A stretch of 64,000 bases of DNA, taken from Escherichia coli. Its GTDB lineage: Bacteria; Pseudomonadota; Gammaproteobacteria; Enterobacterales; Enterobacteriaceae. The stretch lies in assembly GCF_024502345.1 (NCBI RefSeq), contig NZ_JALDNN010000001.1. One strand, written 5' to 3'. Positions 37,865 through 47,152 of this stretch are shown here, piece after piece. The translations under genes and the position numbers were made by a program. The notes below the pieces were generated by a model. It did no database searches. It saw only the letters and a list, made by a program, of their open reading frames with translations, and was not told the DNA's origin. Each line of letters starts with the position of its first letter. The stretch's first letter is position 1.

Positions 37865-38482
37865 ATGAAAAAACAACCTGTCTCACTGGCTCGGGAGACA
37901 TCGTGCTGCCTGTCGCCTGCTGATGTCTGGCGTACCCTGCTGACTCACCTGCTGGCACAGCACTATGGGCTTGCCCTCAACGATACGCCGTTTGGTGAGG
38001 AAGGCACCATTCAGGCGCATATTGACGCTGGTGTTACCATGATGGAAGCCCTGAATACCGTCGTTGAGAAGTATGATCTGGTACGTACAGATCGGGACAG
38101 TGTGGGCCTTCACCCTGGCTCCTCATTGATTACTGCTATTGATGTTCTCCGGGCGCGAAAAGCCACCGGGCTCCTGAAGCGGGGAGCATATCAGTTCGTG
38201 AGCCACATCACGCAGGGGCGCAGGCCCGCCCCGGACAGTGCAGTAACCGCCGGGCCCTCCGCGCCGTTACCATTGCTACCATCGGACACATTCACCCGAC
38301 AGGACGCGGTGTCCATTATGGCGGTGTATGACTGTGTGGCTATTGAGGATGACCAGCATACCCATTTCCGTCTGGCAATACGCGATGCTGAAGGTCAGCT
38401 TATCTGGCGGGCCTGGAACTTTGAGTCCGGAGCCGGGCAGGGGCTTAACCACTATCTGCAACGTTATGGTGTGAAAAAATGA
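37865..38482 (+). CDS. CbtA/YeeV-family type IV toxin homolog with about 75-aa C-terminal extension
   Basis: N-terminal 125 aa (…DVWRTLLTHLLAQHYGLALNDTPFGEEGTIQAHIDAGVTMMEALNTVVEKYDLVRTD…IDVLRARKATGL) align with CbtA (…[37 protein letters not shown]…VEKYALVRTD…IDILRARRATGL); ORF continues to 205 aa. Confidence 0.72.
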   Translation: MKKQPVSLARETSCCLSPADVWRTLLTHLLAQHYGLALNDTPFGEEGTIQAHIDAGVTMMEALNTVVEKYDLVRTDRDSVGLHPGSSLITAIDVLRARKATGLLKRGAYQFVSHITQGRRPAPDSAVTAGPSAPLPLLPSDTFTRQDAVSIMAVYDCVAIEDDQHTHFRLAIRDAEGQLIWRAWNFESGAGQGLNHYLQRYGVKK

Positions 38483-38576
38483 CCACACAGGGCTGAATGG
38501 CATCCCCAGATGAATTGACTGCTTCCCCGGTCTGCATGGCCGGGATACTCCATTTTTAAGTATTGAGGATGATGTT

Positions 38577-39524
38577 ATGACCTCGAACCGCAAGGGCAGG
38601 CGTGCGGAAACTGTGCGCCAACAAAACGTCCCCACCATCAACCCGGCACAGCTTTGGCTGGCAGGTCTGACGCGCGCCGGGCGCAAGGGGATGCAAAGCC
38701 AGCTTCGGCGCTGTGCCGGTATCCTGCTTCCGGGCTCGGATACCGACAGCTACCCCTGGCAGATGCTGAACTACACGGGGATGATGCAGATCCGTGCGCA
38801 CATGCTGGATGCTGGCTATGCTGTCGCGACTGTCAACATGGCACTGTCGGCGCTGAAATCGGTTGCCTTTAGCGCGTTCAGTATGGGTCTGATGGATGCT
38901 GACACGCTTGCGCGCATACGCAACGTCAGGCGGGTCAGTGGTGACGGTTGTAGGCTGGGGCGTGCGCTGGCCCGCCATGAAATCCGGTCAATGCTGGCGG
39001 CGGCAGCGACGTTCTCCACTGTGCGCTGTCAGCGCGAACGGGCCATTTTGTTGCTTCTGTGTGGTGCCGGGCTGCGAGCGGGTGAGCTGGTTGCCCTGAA
39101 TGCGGAGGATATTGACGTTGCCGCAGGGATTGTCTGGGTCAGGGAGGGAAAAGGGCGCAAAAGTCGTGAAATTCACCTTGCCGCGAAGGTATGCACGCAG
39201 CTGCGCCGTTGGCTGAAGTGCCGTGGAGACCATGAAGGGCCGTTGTTCAGTCGTATCAGCCGGGCAGACCGGCCAGGGCCACACAGGCTTACCACGACTG
39301 GATTGACGGGGCTGTTGGCACAGCTACGCGAAGCCGCTGGCGTGGACTATTTCACCCCGCACGACCTCAGACGAACGTTCATCACACAGTTGCTGGAGCA
39401 GGGAACCGACCTCAACGTGGTACGCCAGCTTGCGGGGCATGCCGATATCGCCACAACCACCCGATATGACTACAGGGGCCGGGGTACGCAGGACAGAGCC
39501 TCCAGGGCTTTCTGTTGCTGGTAA
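38577..39524 (+). CDS. Tyrosine recombinase / phage-integrase-family protein (XerC/D-like)
   Basis: 315-aa ORF; catalytic-domain motifs LLLCGAGLRAGELVAL, TPHDLRRTFIT, AGHADIATTTRYDY. Confidence 0.8.
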   Translation: MTSNRKGRRAETVRQQNVPTINPAQLWLAGLTRAGRKGMQSQLRRCAGILLPGSDTDSYPWQMLNYTGMMQIRAHMLDAGYAVATVNMALSALKSVAFSAFSMGLMDADTLARIRNVRRVSGDGCRLGRALARHEIRSMLAAAATFSTVRCQRERAILLLLCGAGLRAGELVALNAEDIDVAAGIVWVREGKGRKSREIHLAAKVCTQLRRWLKCRGDHEGPLFSRISRADRPGPHRLTTTGLTGLLAQLREAAGVDYFTPHDLRRTFITQLLEQGTDLNVVRQLAGHADIATTTRYDYRGRGTQDRASRAFCCW

Positions 39525-39823
39525 ATCTTCATGGGGTGGGGGATGGCCTTCGTCACCTGCTGATTAAATTCACCAGAGGGTCCCGGAGATATTTTTGATG
39601 CCCCAAAGGCACGTCCAGGGCGGGCTCAGTGCTATGGGGAGGCCGGGAAAGTACGACCAACTCACCACCCCTGCTGAATGACACTATCGTACTTCGCGGC
39701 GCGGAGAGTATAACTTGGTAGCTGAGTATTTCTCAGAGCGATTAAAGTAGTTGTCTGTATGCATGTAGCGTCGGGAAACCATGAAACTAAACTCTGAATT
39801 CATTTAGCTGAATTTGCAGGCAA

Positions 39824-40339
39824 CTACGCCGAAGGACTGTCTGCCCGCTCTGTGCCATCCAGCTTTTCCATTGTTTGGATTACCCAGCGAAAATCATTTA
39901 TTTTTTCAGTCGTTTCCTTGCTCCATGTTTTGCCCGTTACTGCTGTTTTTTTCTTCTCTATATCCACTGGCGATGGATATTTTTTACAAAATTTGAGCAT
40001 GATATCCTTCAGTTCACACTTTTCCTTCAACTCATGAAATTTCAGATAGAGTTCTTTCAGCAGTTTCGCTTCTTTCGATACAGGTTCATATAAGTAGTCG
40101 ATGTAGACCATGTTGATCATGTTATCCAGCGCCTGGCGATATACTTTTCCTCTTCCTTTCTTCAGCATTGAATAATCGTCGTCGTCAAGCCAGTTAGCGA
40201 TCTCCAGTAAACGCTCCTGGCTGTCTTCATGCAGGTTGATTTCAAACCGCTTTCCATATTTCTCCTCCAGCCCTTTGCGGCTTTTCTGCTTAGGCGTCCT
40301 GGGCTCCGCCTTAGCCATATTTTCTTCGTTTTTTCCCAT
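39824..40339 (-). CDS. Hypothetical Lys/Glu-rich protein (171 aa), AT-rich gene
   Basis: ORF between second recombinase and alpA, opposite strand; strongly AT-rich; overlapping plus-strand ORFs judged spurious. Confidence 0.45.
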   Translation of the reverse strand: MGKNEENMAKAEPRTPKQKSRKGLEEKYGKRFEINLHEDSQERLLEIANWLDDDDYSMLKKGRGKVYRQALDNMINMVYIDYLYEPVSKEAKLLKELYLKFHELKEKCELKDIMLKFCKKYPSPVDIEKKKTAVTGKTWSKETTEKINDFRWVIQTMEKLDGTERADSPSA

Positions 40340-40545
40340 AACTCATACCTCATTTCGGATTGCCACTATCAGAGATCTTTTTGGACCGTCATAAATCAAT
40401 GACGGTCATTCTACTCCAAAGAATGACCGTCCAAAAGTGGGCCGCGAACACTTTGACCGGCGATCGCCATGAATAATCGGCCGAAATCAACTTTGTAAAG
40501 GGAGGGCTGGCCGCCCACTGGGGGTGGATAGATGGAGTTAAAAAT

Positions 40546-40752
40546 ATGAATAACTGCAGGCTGCTCGATATCAAGACTGTGCTCGGGATGTACCCAGTAT
40601 CACGCGCAACGTTATATCGCCAGATCAAGGCGGGGCTCTTTCCGGAGCCTGTACGCATCGGTGCCCGTCGGGTGGCATGGCGTATGGAGGATATCCACGC
40701 GCATATCAGTGGGCTGCCCAATGTTGAGCTGGCTGAAGCAGCTCGTCTGTAA
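40546..40752 (+). CDS. alpA: AlpA-family phage regulatory protein (excisionase-like HTH)
   Basis: 68-aa ORF MNNCRLLDIKTVLGMYPVSRATLYRQIKAGLFPEPVRIGARRVAWRMEDIHAHI matches AlpA/MerR-type excisionase pattern. Confidence 0.8.
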   Translation: MNNCRLLDIKTVLGMYPVSRATLYRQIKAGLFPEPVRIGARRVAWRMEDIHAHISGLPNVELAEAARL

Positions 40753-40853
40753 GCCTCATATAGCCCCTCGTACAGGGGTTCATTCACCATAGTCAGTAGC
40801 ACCTCTACGGATAGCTACTGACATGAATTGCCGTGAGGCTAAGGGAACTGGCG

Positions 40854-41948
40854 ATGATTACAGTTAATCGTGAGCGTGTGGACAATCTCTCCGGGTCTGT
40901 ATACCTGGGGCGAAATACTGACGGCAATAGGTGCTATGGGCGAATTGATAAACTCGCCTGGGTAATGGATTTGTCTGATGATAGCGAGAATGCAGTGCTG
41001 AGTGGGCGTCTGGCTGGGCTGAGAGCGGGAGGGAACTATATCGTGCGGTGCCGCCCTGCCGGTAAAGGGGAGTGTTCTGGCCTCTATCGATCCGTGGTGG
41101 AGATCCGTCTCAAGAGTAAATCCAGTCATCATCCGCTGATGCTGGTCATTTACTTTGCGCCGACGAATACGGTGCGGGGCTCAGTGCGTATGGAAATGAG
41201 TCCTCAGCACTATTCAGCAGAGCAGATCACAGGACTGTTCATCTGGCTTGGGCGTAAGGGACGTCTGGGGAAGTACCTGTACAGGGGCTTGCGCCAGGCA
41301 TGGGTGACGTCCATTCACTACGCACTGGATGTAAAGGGAATGAAACTTCATGACTACCTGATTGGTCTGGCAAAGGTTCATGATGGTGAGTTTTACGATT
41401 TGCATGGTGAACAGGAAGGGTTGCGTCTGGGCTCTGCCACGCTGGTAGCCTCTGTCTACGCCAAGGTCCATTCTCCGTCGTTGAGCGTGGAGGAGCGCTA
41501 TGCATCTCCAAAGATTACGCTGGAGGAGGCGCAATTCGAGCGTTTTTTACGTCTGGAACTCCGCCTGCAGCCGGGGCGCCAGCAATTGAAGCTAAGTCAG
41601 ATGACGAGTATGACCTGTCTGGTCAGCAGGCTGATGTTCTGGCGTCGGGAGGTACTCCAGGATCGTCGGCTGGATCCGGATTTTGCGCAGCGGCTGGCGT
41701 TGATGTCAGTACCACGTGCACGGGCCACGTTTGAGCCCGCGAGGAGTCTGAATGGCCACAGAGTCAGTGCAACCCCAAAGGCTGCCAGGAAACGCGTGGA
41801 CAAGGTCATGGCTAATTACCGGGCGGCATTGTTTGATTCTGCGGCTATCTGGGACCAGTTACCGGTCATTCTCGCAAAACTCGGGCTTCTCGCGCAGCCT
41901 CAGTACTGGATTTACCGTAATCGCGTGAAGTGGCGAGGGAGCCGCTGA
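40854..41948 (+). CDS. Hypothetical protein (about 364 aa), possibly replication-associated
   Basis: ORF directly downstream of alpA with RBS aagggaa before ATG 40854; family not recognised with confidence. Confidence 0.45.
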   Translation: MITVNRERVDNLSGSVYLGRNTDGNRCYGRIDKLAWVMDLSDDSENAVLSGRLAGLRAGGNYIVRCRPAGKGECSGLYRSVVEIRLKSKSSHHPLMLVIYFAPTNTVRGSVRMEMSPQHYSAEQITGLFIWLGRKGRLGKYLYRGLRQAWVTSIHYALDVKGMKLHDYLIGLAKVHDGEFYDLHGEQEGLRLGSATLVASVYAKVHSPSLSVEERYASPKITLEEAQFERFLRLELRLQPGRQQLKLSQMTSMTCLVSRLMFWRREVLQDRRLDPDFAQRLALMSVPRARATFEPARSLNGHRVSATPKAARKRVDKVMANYRAALFDSAAIWDQLPVILAKLGLLAQPQYWIYRNRVKWRGSR

Positions 41949-42301
41949 AGATAAGCCAGAAGCATATTAGAGGGGGTGTGATGCCACCCTCGTCTGTGGC
42001 GACCAAAAAAATGGCTCCCCCTGATATGTTCTGTGAGGCACGCCTCATCACAGCTGAACAGGGGGTGTGGCTATAGTATGGTGTATACAGTACATACCAG
42101 TACCAGTCTGTTCCCCCTCTGGAACCCTCAATGAGATTGCGACAAGTCACAAGGCATTGTTTTGAGGAAAATTCAGATCCTGAGATAGCCCCCCAAAAAA
42201 TGCAGCCAGCCTGAGTCACATCACTCTGCGCAACCGTAATTCACTGTGCAAATGTACAGCCTGTAAACAGGCAGCATGTTCATAAAACGGAGCACAGTGA
42301 A

Positions 42302-43786
42302 ATGAAAGCCTACTGCACACAAAACAATATTCTCGTCACGGAAAGCACGATGAATGCTTTCAGGGAGGCCATTTTTAGCGTTCCATTCGACGACACATGT
42401 GACGGACGATGCAAGCCAACGTGGTATATGTCCATTGCTATTTTTTTGCAGCATCTTATTTGCAGCGCCACTGCGAGCCGTAACACGCGTAAGCGGTCGC
42501 AATTTAAGGGGAACCGACTATGGACCTGTTCAGTTCCGTTTCCTTATGCACTGGGAGAAAAAGTGGCTCCGGCAGTATTCAGACGCTCAAGAGAGCTACC
42601 GTTTGAAAGAGCGCTGGAAAAGCTGGAGGAAGTAGGGTTTATCAGAATCATTACACACGATGTTATACGTCACAAATGCCGGGAATTTGCGCTTTCTCGG
42701 CGGTTTCTCGACGTGCTGTTTCCCGGGGACAGAACTGCTTATCTCAACCTGGAAGATCGGTATGGCTATCTGACCGATGTTTACCGCAGACGTATGGGAC
42801 CGATGACGCTGGAAGAACGGCTTGCTCAGGCCATGTTACGAAAGTGCAAAGTCAGGCATTTAACGTCAACCCGGAATATACCTGATAAGGCCTTTCGTGA
42901 GCGGGTTGCAGCGGTGTATGACCGGCTTGAAGCGTTGCCGGTTAACATCGATGCGCTGAGGATGTACTGTAACGAGCAACCATCCACTGTGAACAGGGTT
43001 TATTATCACAATTTTATCAGCCATCTTTGTGAAGCCGGTGTTGAGGCTATCAGCCTGAGTCCGTTAATCGTCTCATATCGGCAGGTATATCGTACGGCTA
43101 GGCTGGGCGGGCGTTCGTTTGAGGTGGGGAAGGGGTTTCAGTATCTGCCAAAAGGCATGAAATGGGCATGTCTGGGGCAGGGCTATAACTACGATATAAA
43201 AAGCAGCCAGCTTGAGATACTGCGTCATGAGCTGCAGCGTATCGGATTATCCGATAAAAACCTGAAGCGGCTGGAAACGGATTACATTACAAAGAAACTG
43301 GGCGTCACCACGGATGAGGTAAAACAATTTAGGTTTGCTGCTGTCTTTAGCGCTGGTTCGGTCAGCCTTTCAGTGAAAAGTGGAGTAAGGAAGAGGCTGA
43401 ATAAAGTTCTCGGCGATAAGAGGGCAGAAAACGTGCTCAAACGCTGGAAAAAATTGATGCAACCGCTACGGGAAGATCTGAAGAGGCTGATCGAGGATTA
43501 TCTGGCGACGGGAACCACAAATCGATACGGGCTTTGCGTGAAAAATGCTGTGGGACAAAATTTTAACTGTAGCTGGAAGAATTTCAGCGCCAGACAGGCA
43601 TGGCAGCCAGCGCAGATGCACCGAAAGCTGCTTGCGCACATGTTACAGGGGCTGGAAAGTCAGGCTGTGTACGATTATGTTGCCAGCAATAAAGGCGTTT
43701 GTGCGCTAGAGCATGATGGGTTTGTTACATATGAAGAGATAACTGACTGGTCCCATCCATATCTTTTGATAGAGAAAAAGCATTGA
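42302..43786 (+). CDS. Hypothetical protein (494 aa)
   Basis: long ORF after a 350-bp intergenic gap; no family recognised. Confidence 0.5.
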   Translation: MKAYCTQNNILVTESTMNAFREAIFSVPFDDTCDGRCKPTWYMSIAIFLQHLICSATASRNTRKRSQFKGNRLWTCSVPFPYALGEKVAPAVFRRSRELPFERALEKLEEVGFIRIITHDVIRHKCREFALSRRFLDVLFPGDRTAYLNLEDRYGYLTDVYRRRMGPMTLEERLAQAMLRKCKVRHLTSTRNIPDKAFRERVAAVYDRLEALPVNIDALRMYCNEQPSTVNRVYYHNFISHLCEAGVEAISLSPLIVSYRQVYRTARLGGRSFEVGKGFQYLPKGMKWACLGQGYNYDIKSSQLEILRHELQRIGLSDKNLKRLETDYITKKLGVTTDEVKQFRFAAVFSAGSVSLSVKSGVRKRLNKVLGDKRAENVLKRWKKLMQPLREDLKRLIEDYLATGTTNRYGLCVKNAVGQNFNCSWKNFSARQAWQPAQMHRKLLAHMLQGLESQAVYDYVASNKGVCALEHDGFVTYEEITDWSHPYLLIEKKH

Positions 43787-43922
43787 AGCAAGTTATACAT
43801 TATCTAAATCTGAGGGCTCATAGATTGGGCTGTTGCTCGGTTAAATCATTGTATCTTTTCAGTATGTTATAGTGTATTCTCATTTAAAGTGAGCGTAACT
43901 ATATCCTGAGTCAATTGAAAAT

Positions 43923-45458
43923 ATGAAGCAAGAAACGATCGTTCAAAAAATTTGGAGTCTCTGCAACATACTAAGAGGTGATGGTATCACCTATTATCAG
44001 TATGTTTCTGAACTAAGTTATTTGCTTTTTCTGAAGATTGCTCAAGAAAATGGTTCAGAAAAGCTGATACCTCAAGGCTACCGCTGGGCTGATCTTGAAT
44101 CCCATCCAGAAGCAGGATTATTAGGGTTTTATCAAGAGATGCTCACTCACTTGGGTGCGCATGTTAAAAATGAAATCATAAGAGAGATTTACGCATTCCC
44201 TACAACCGTTTTCTCCCATTCTGAAAATTTAAAAGCTGTTGTAGATGGTATTTCGAAAATAGAGTGGCACCAAGTAGGAAAAGATGGGTTTGGCGACCTC
44301 TATAGTGGTTTAATTGATAAAAGTGCTCAAGATACGCGTTCGGGAGCCGGGCAGTATTTTACTCCACGCTCTTTAGTTAACACGATAGTGAGATTGATAA
44401 AACCGAGTCTTGGCGAATTGATTCAAGATCCTGCGTCAGGAAGTGGTGGCTTCTTAGTTTCTGCTGACAGCTATATTCGAGTCAAATATTCACGAAAAGA
44501 GTATCAATTGAACCCTCCTAAATATCAAGGAGTGGAAATAGAGAAAAATACTCGTCGAATTTGCTTAATGAATACCTTTTTACATGATTTAGATGCACAC
44601 ATTATCTATGGTGATGCACTGACTGATGACGTAGCAGGGTTGGATGAAGCCGATGTAATCTTAGCCAATCCCCCTTTTGGCAATAAGGCTGGGGGACAAC
44701 GTCCTTTACGTAACGATATTCCATTCCCCAATACAAATAAGCAATTAGCTTTTTTGCAGCATATTTATTTGAAGCTTAAAGCTGGCGGTCGAGCTGCTGT
44801 AGTGGTACCCGATAATGTACTATTCGAATCTGGGGTTGGTACCGATGTACGTCGTGACTTAATGAATAAGTGCAATCTTCATACTATCTTGCGACTGCCC
44901 ACTGGTATTTTTTACGCCCAAGGTGTTAAAACCAATGTTCTGTTCTTTACTAAAGGCTCTGACAAAGATAAATATCAACAAGATAGCTGCACTGAGAACG
45001 TCTGGGTATACGATCTACGTACCAATATGCCAAGTTTTGGTAAACGTACACCCTTCGGTAATTCAGATATTGGCTTTGCGGCAGAAGATTTCGGTACAGA
45101 TCAGCACCTCGGCGCGTTCGAAAAAGTGTTCGGAGATAATCCAGACGGCACCAGCAAGCGCACCGAAGGTGAATACAGCTTTGGTGCAACAGATATTGAA
45201 ATTGATACAGAAGCAGTAGAAGAAAACCTGAATGTTGATGAACAGCTAGCCCATTCTCGCTGGCGCTACTTCAGCCGTGAGTGGATAGCCAATAATAAAG
45301 GCGATTCGCTGGATATCTCATGGTTAAAAGACAAAAAGAGTGTCGATGCGGCTGGTTTATCCGAGCCAAACGTTCTCGCTCGCGAGGCAAAAGAAGAATT
45401 AGAAGCAGCATTGAGTGAGCTGGATAGTTTATTGATCGCATTGGAAGGGGCCGAATAA
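43923..45458 (+). CDS. hsdM: Type I restriction-modification N6-adenine DNA methyltransferase subunit
   Basis: 511-aa ORF with GQYFTPR, DPASGSGGFL (SAM binding) and NPPFG catalytic motif. Confidence 0.9.
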   Translation: MKQETIVQKIWSLCNILRGDGITYYQYVSELSYLLFLKIAQENGSEKLIPQGYRWADLESHPEAGLLGFYQEMLTHLGAHVKNEIIREIYAFPTTVFSHSENLKAVVDGISKIEWHQVGKDGFGDLYSGLIDKSAQDTRSGAGQYFTPRSLVNTIVRLIKPSLGELIQDPASGSGGFLVSADSYIRVKYSRKEYQLNPPKYQGVEIEKNTRRICLMNTFLHDLDAHIIYGDALTDDVAGLDEADVILANPPFGNKAGGQRPLRNDIPFPNTNKQLAFLQHIYLKLKAGGRAAVVVPDNVLFESGVGTDVRRDLMNKCNLHTILRLPTGIFYAQGVKTNVLFFTKGSDKDKYQQDSCTENVWVYDLRTNMPSFGKRTPFGNSDIGFAAEDFGTDQHLGAFEKVFGDNPDGTSKRTEGEYSFGATDIEIDTEAVEENLNVDEQLAHSRWRYFSREWIANNKGDSLDISWLKDKKSVDAAGLSEPNVLAREAKEELEAALSELDSLLIALEGAE

Positions 45459-47143
45459 TGATTGAGACTTCTTTACCATGGCTGAGAGTCCAGCTCGGTG
45501 ACGTAGTTCCCTATGGTAAAACCGAAAAATGCGAATTATCTGACGTTACAGGTAACACTTGGGTACTTGAGCTCGAAGATATAGAAAAAGATAGCTCGAA
45601 GATCATACAACGGCTAGATGCAACTGCACGACCATTTAAAAGCACGAAAAATAAATTCCGTAAAGGAGATGTCCTTTACGGGAAACTGCGACCTTACTTA
45701 AATAAAGTTGTCATTGCGGACAGTTCTGGCGTTTGTTCGACTGAAATCATGCCTCTAAATGCTGAGCCATTTATTGACAATAGGTACCTCTTTTACTGGT
45801 TGAAAACTGAAGTTTTTATTGATTTTGTAAATTCTGTAAGCTACGGCGTGAATATGCCTCGACTCGGAACTAAAGATGGATTAGCTGCTCCATTTATTGT
45901 AGCTCCGCTTGCTGAGCAAAAAGTTATTGCCGATAAACTTGATACCTTGTTGGTGCAGGTGGATGCCATTAAGGCTCGCCTCGAACGCATCCCAGAAATC
46001 CTAAAAACCTTCCGCCAATCGATCCTCACCGCCGCAGTTAGTGGGAAGTTGACGGAGGGATGGCGATTAAAGAATAAACTCAGTAATGTAGTTGTAAAAC
46101 AAAATATCAATCTACCAAAATTAACCCCAAATGAACACTACCTCGAACATGTTGAAGGATGGCAATGGGTAAGACTGGGTTCTGTTGTTAGTCTAATAAA
46201 CGGCGATAGAGGAAAAAACTACCCTAATAAAAATGAATATGTTAAGGATGGAATACCGTTCATAAATACAGGGCATATTAATTCAGATGGAACACTTTCT
46301 GATGAACGCATGAATTTTATTTCCAAGGATAAGTTTGACTCCTTAAGTGGGGGAAAGACGAAATCAACAGATCTAGTTTATTGCCTCCGAGGTGCAACTA
46401 TGGGAAAAACTGCACGTGTCCACTACAAAATAGGGGCAATAGCATCCTCTCTTGTAATTATCCGACCGAGTGATTACATAGACAGAGATTTCGCATATTA
46501 TTTTCTTATTAGCCCTCCGGCTAAAGATTTAATTAATGAATTTGATAACGGATCCGCTCAGCCAAATCTATCTGCAAAGAGTTTGTCTACATACCCTTTA
46601 CAACTCCCTTCGTTTAAAGAACAAATCGAAATCGTCAGTCGCGTCGAAGAAATGTTCAACTTTTCATCTCTTGCCGAAGCAAAAGCTAAAACTGCATTAG
46701 AGCGTGTCAATAAAATTACTCAATCAATCCTAGCCAAAGCTTTCCGAGGCGAACTCACTGCAGATTGGCGCGCCGCCAACCCGGATTTAATCAGCGAAGA
46801 GAAAAGTGCTGAAGCTTTGCTGGAAAAAATTAAGGCAGAACGTGAAGCCATCGAAAAACAACCTAAGCCAACACGTTCCGTTATAAAAAAAAATACAGGT
46901 GGCCGTATGAGTAAACAGATTATCAAAGTGGTTGAAGCGCTAAAACAAGCGGGAAAACCGCTTAGTGGCCAACAATTGTTAGCTGCAGCTGGTTACCCTA
47001 GTGATAGCAGTACTGAGCAACTGGAACAGTTCTTTCTGGATATACGTGACGCTCTTACCATAGAAGAGTCCATTGTAAAGCTTGAGCGCGGTGGCGACAG
47101 TCAAGATTGGTTCGCCTTGGCTAATAATAAAGCAAAGAACTAA
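45458..47143 (+). CDS. hsdS: Type I restriction-modification specificity subunit (two target-recognition domains)
   Basis: 561-aa ORF overlapping hsdM stop (ATAATG); repeated conserved segments (IPEILKTFRQSIL..., ITQSILAKAFRGELT) typical of HsdS central and C-terminal regions. Confidence 0.8.
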   Translation: MIETSLPWLRVQLGDVVPYGKTEKCELSDVTGNTWVLELEDIEKDSSKIIQRLDATARPFKSTKNKFRKGDVLYGKLRPYLNKVVIADSSGVCSTEIMPLNAEPFIDNRYLFYWLKTEVFIDFVNSVSYGVNMPRLGTKDGLAAPFIVAPLAEQKVIADKLDTLLVQVDAIKARLERIPEILKTFRQSILTAAVSGKLTEGWRLKNKLSNVVVKQNINLPKLTPNEHYLEHVEGWQWVRLGSVVSLINGDRGKNYPNKNEYVKDGIPFINTGHINSDGTLSDERMNFISKDKFDSLSGGKTKSTDLVYCLRGATMGKTARVHYKIGAIASSLVIIRPSDYIDRDFAYYFLISPPAKDLINEFDNGSAQPNLSAKSLSTYPLQLPSFKEQIEIVSRVEEMFNFSSLAEAKAKTALERVNKITQSILAKAFRGELTADWRAANPDLISEEKSAEALLEKIKAEREAIEKQPKPTRSVIKKNTGGRMSKQIIKVVEALKQAGKPLSGQQLLAAAGYPSDSSTEQLEQFFLDIRDALTIEESIVKLERGGDSQDWFALANNKAKN

Positions 47144-47152
47144 GGACAGCCC

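Noticed and set aside
39814-40093. Several 60-72 aa plus-strand ORFs overlapping the AT-rich 171-aa gene
   Set aside because: Phe/Leu-rich translations typical of AT-rich antisense frames; mutually overlapping; the minus-strand 171-aa ORF is the more plausible gene.
41949-42301. 350-bp intergenic gap in module 2 as a possible ncRNA gene
   Set aside because: Contains some short GC-rich hairpins (e.g. gagggggtgtgatgccaccctc) but no clear promoter/terminator pair; insufficient evidence to call an RNA gene from sequence alone.
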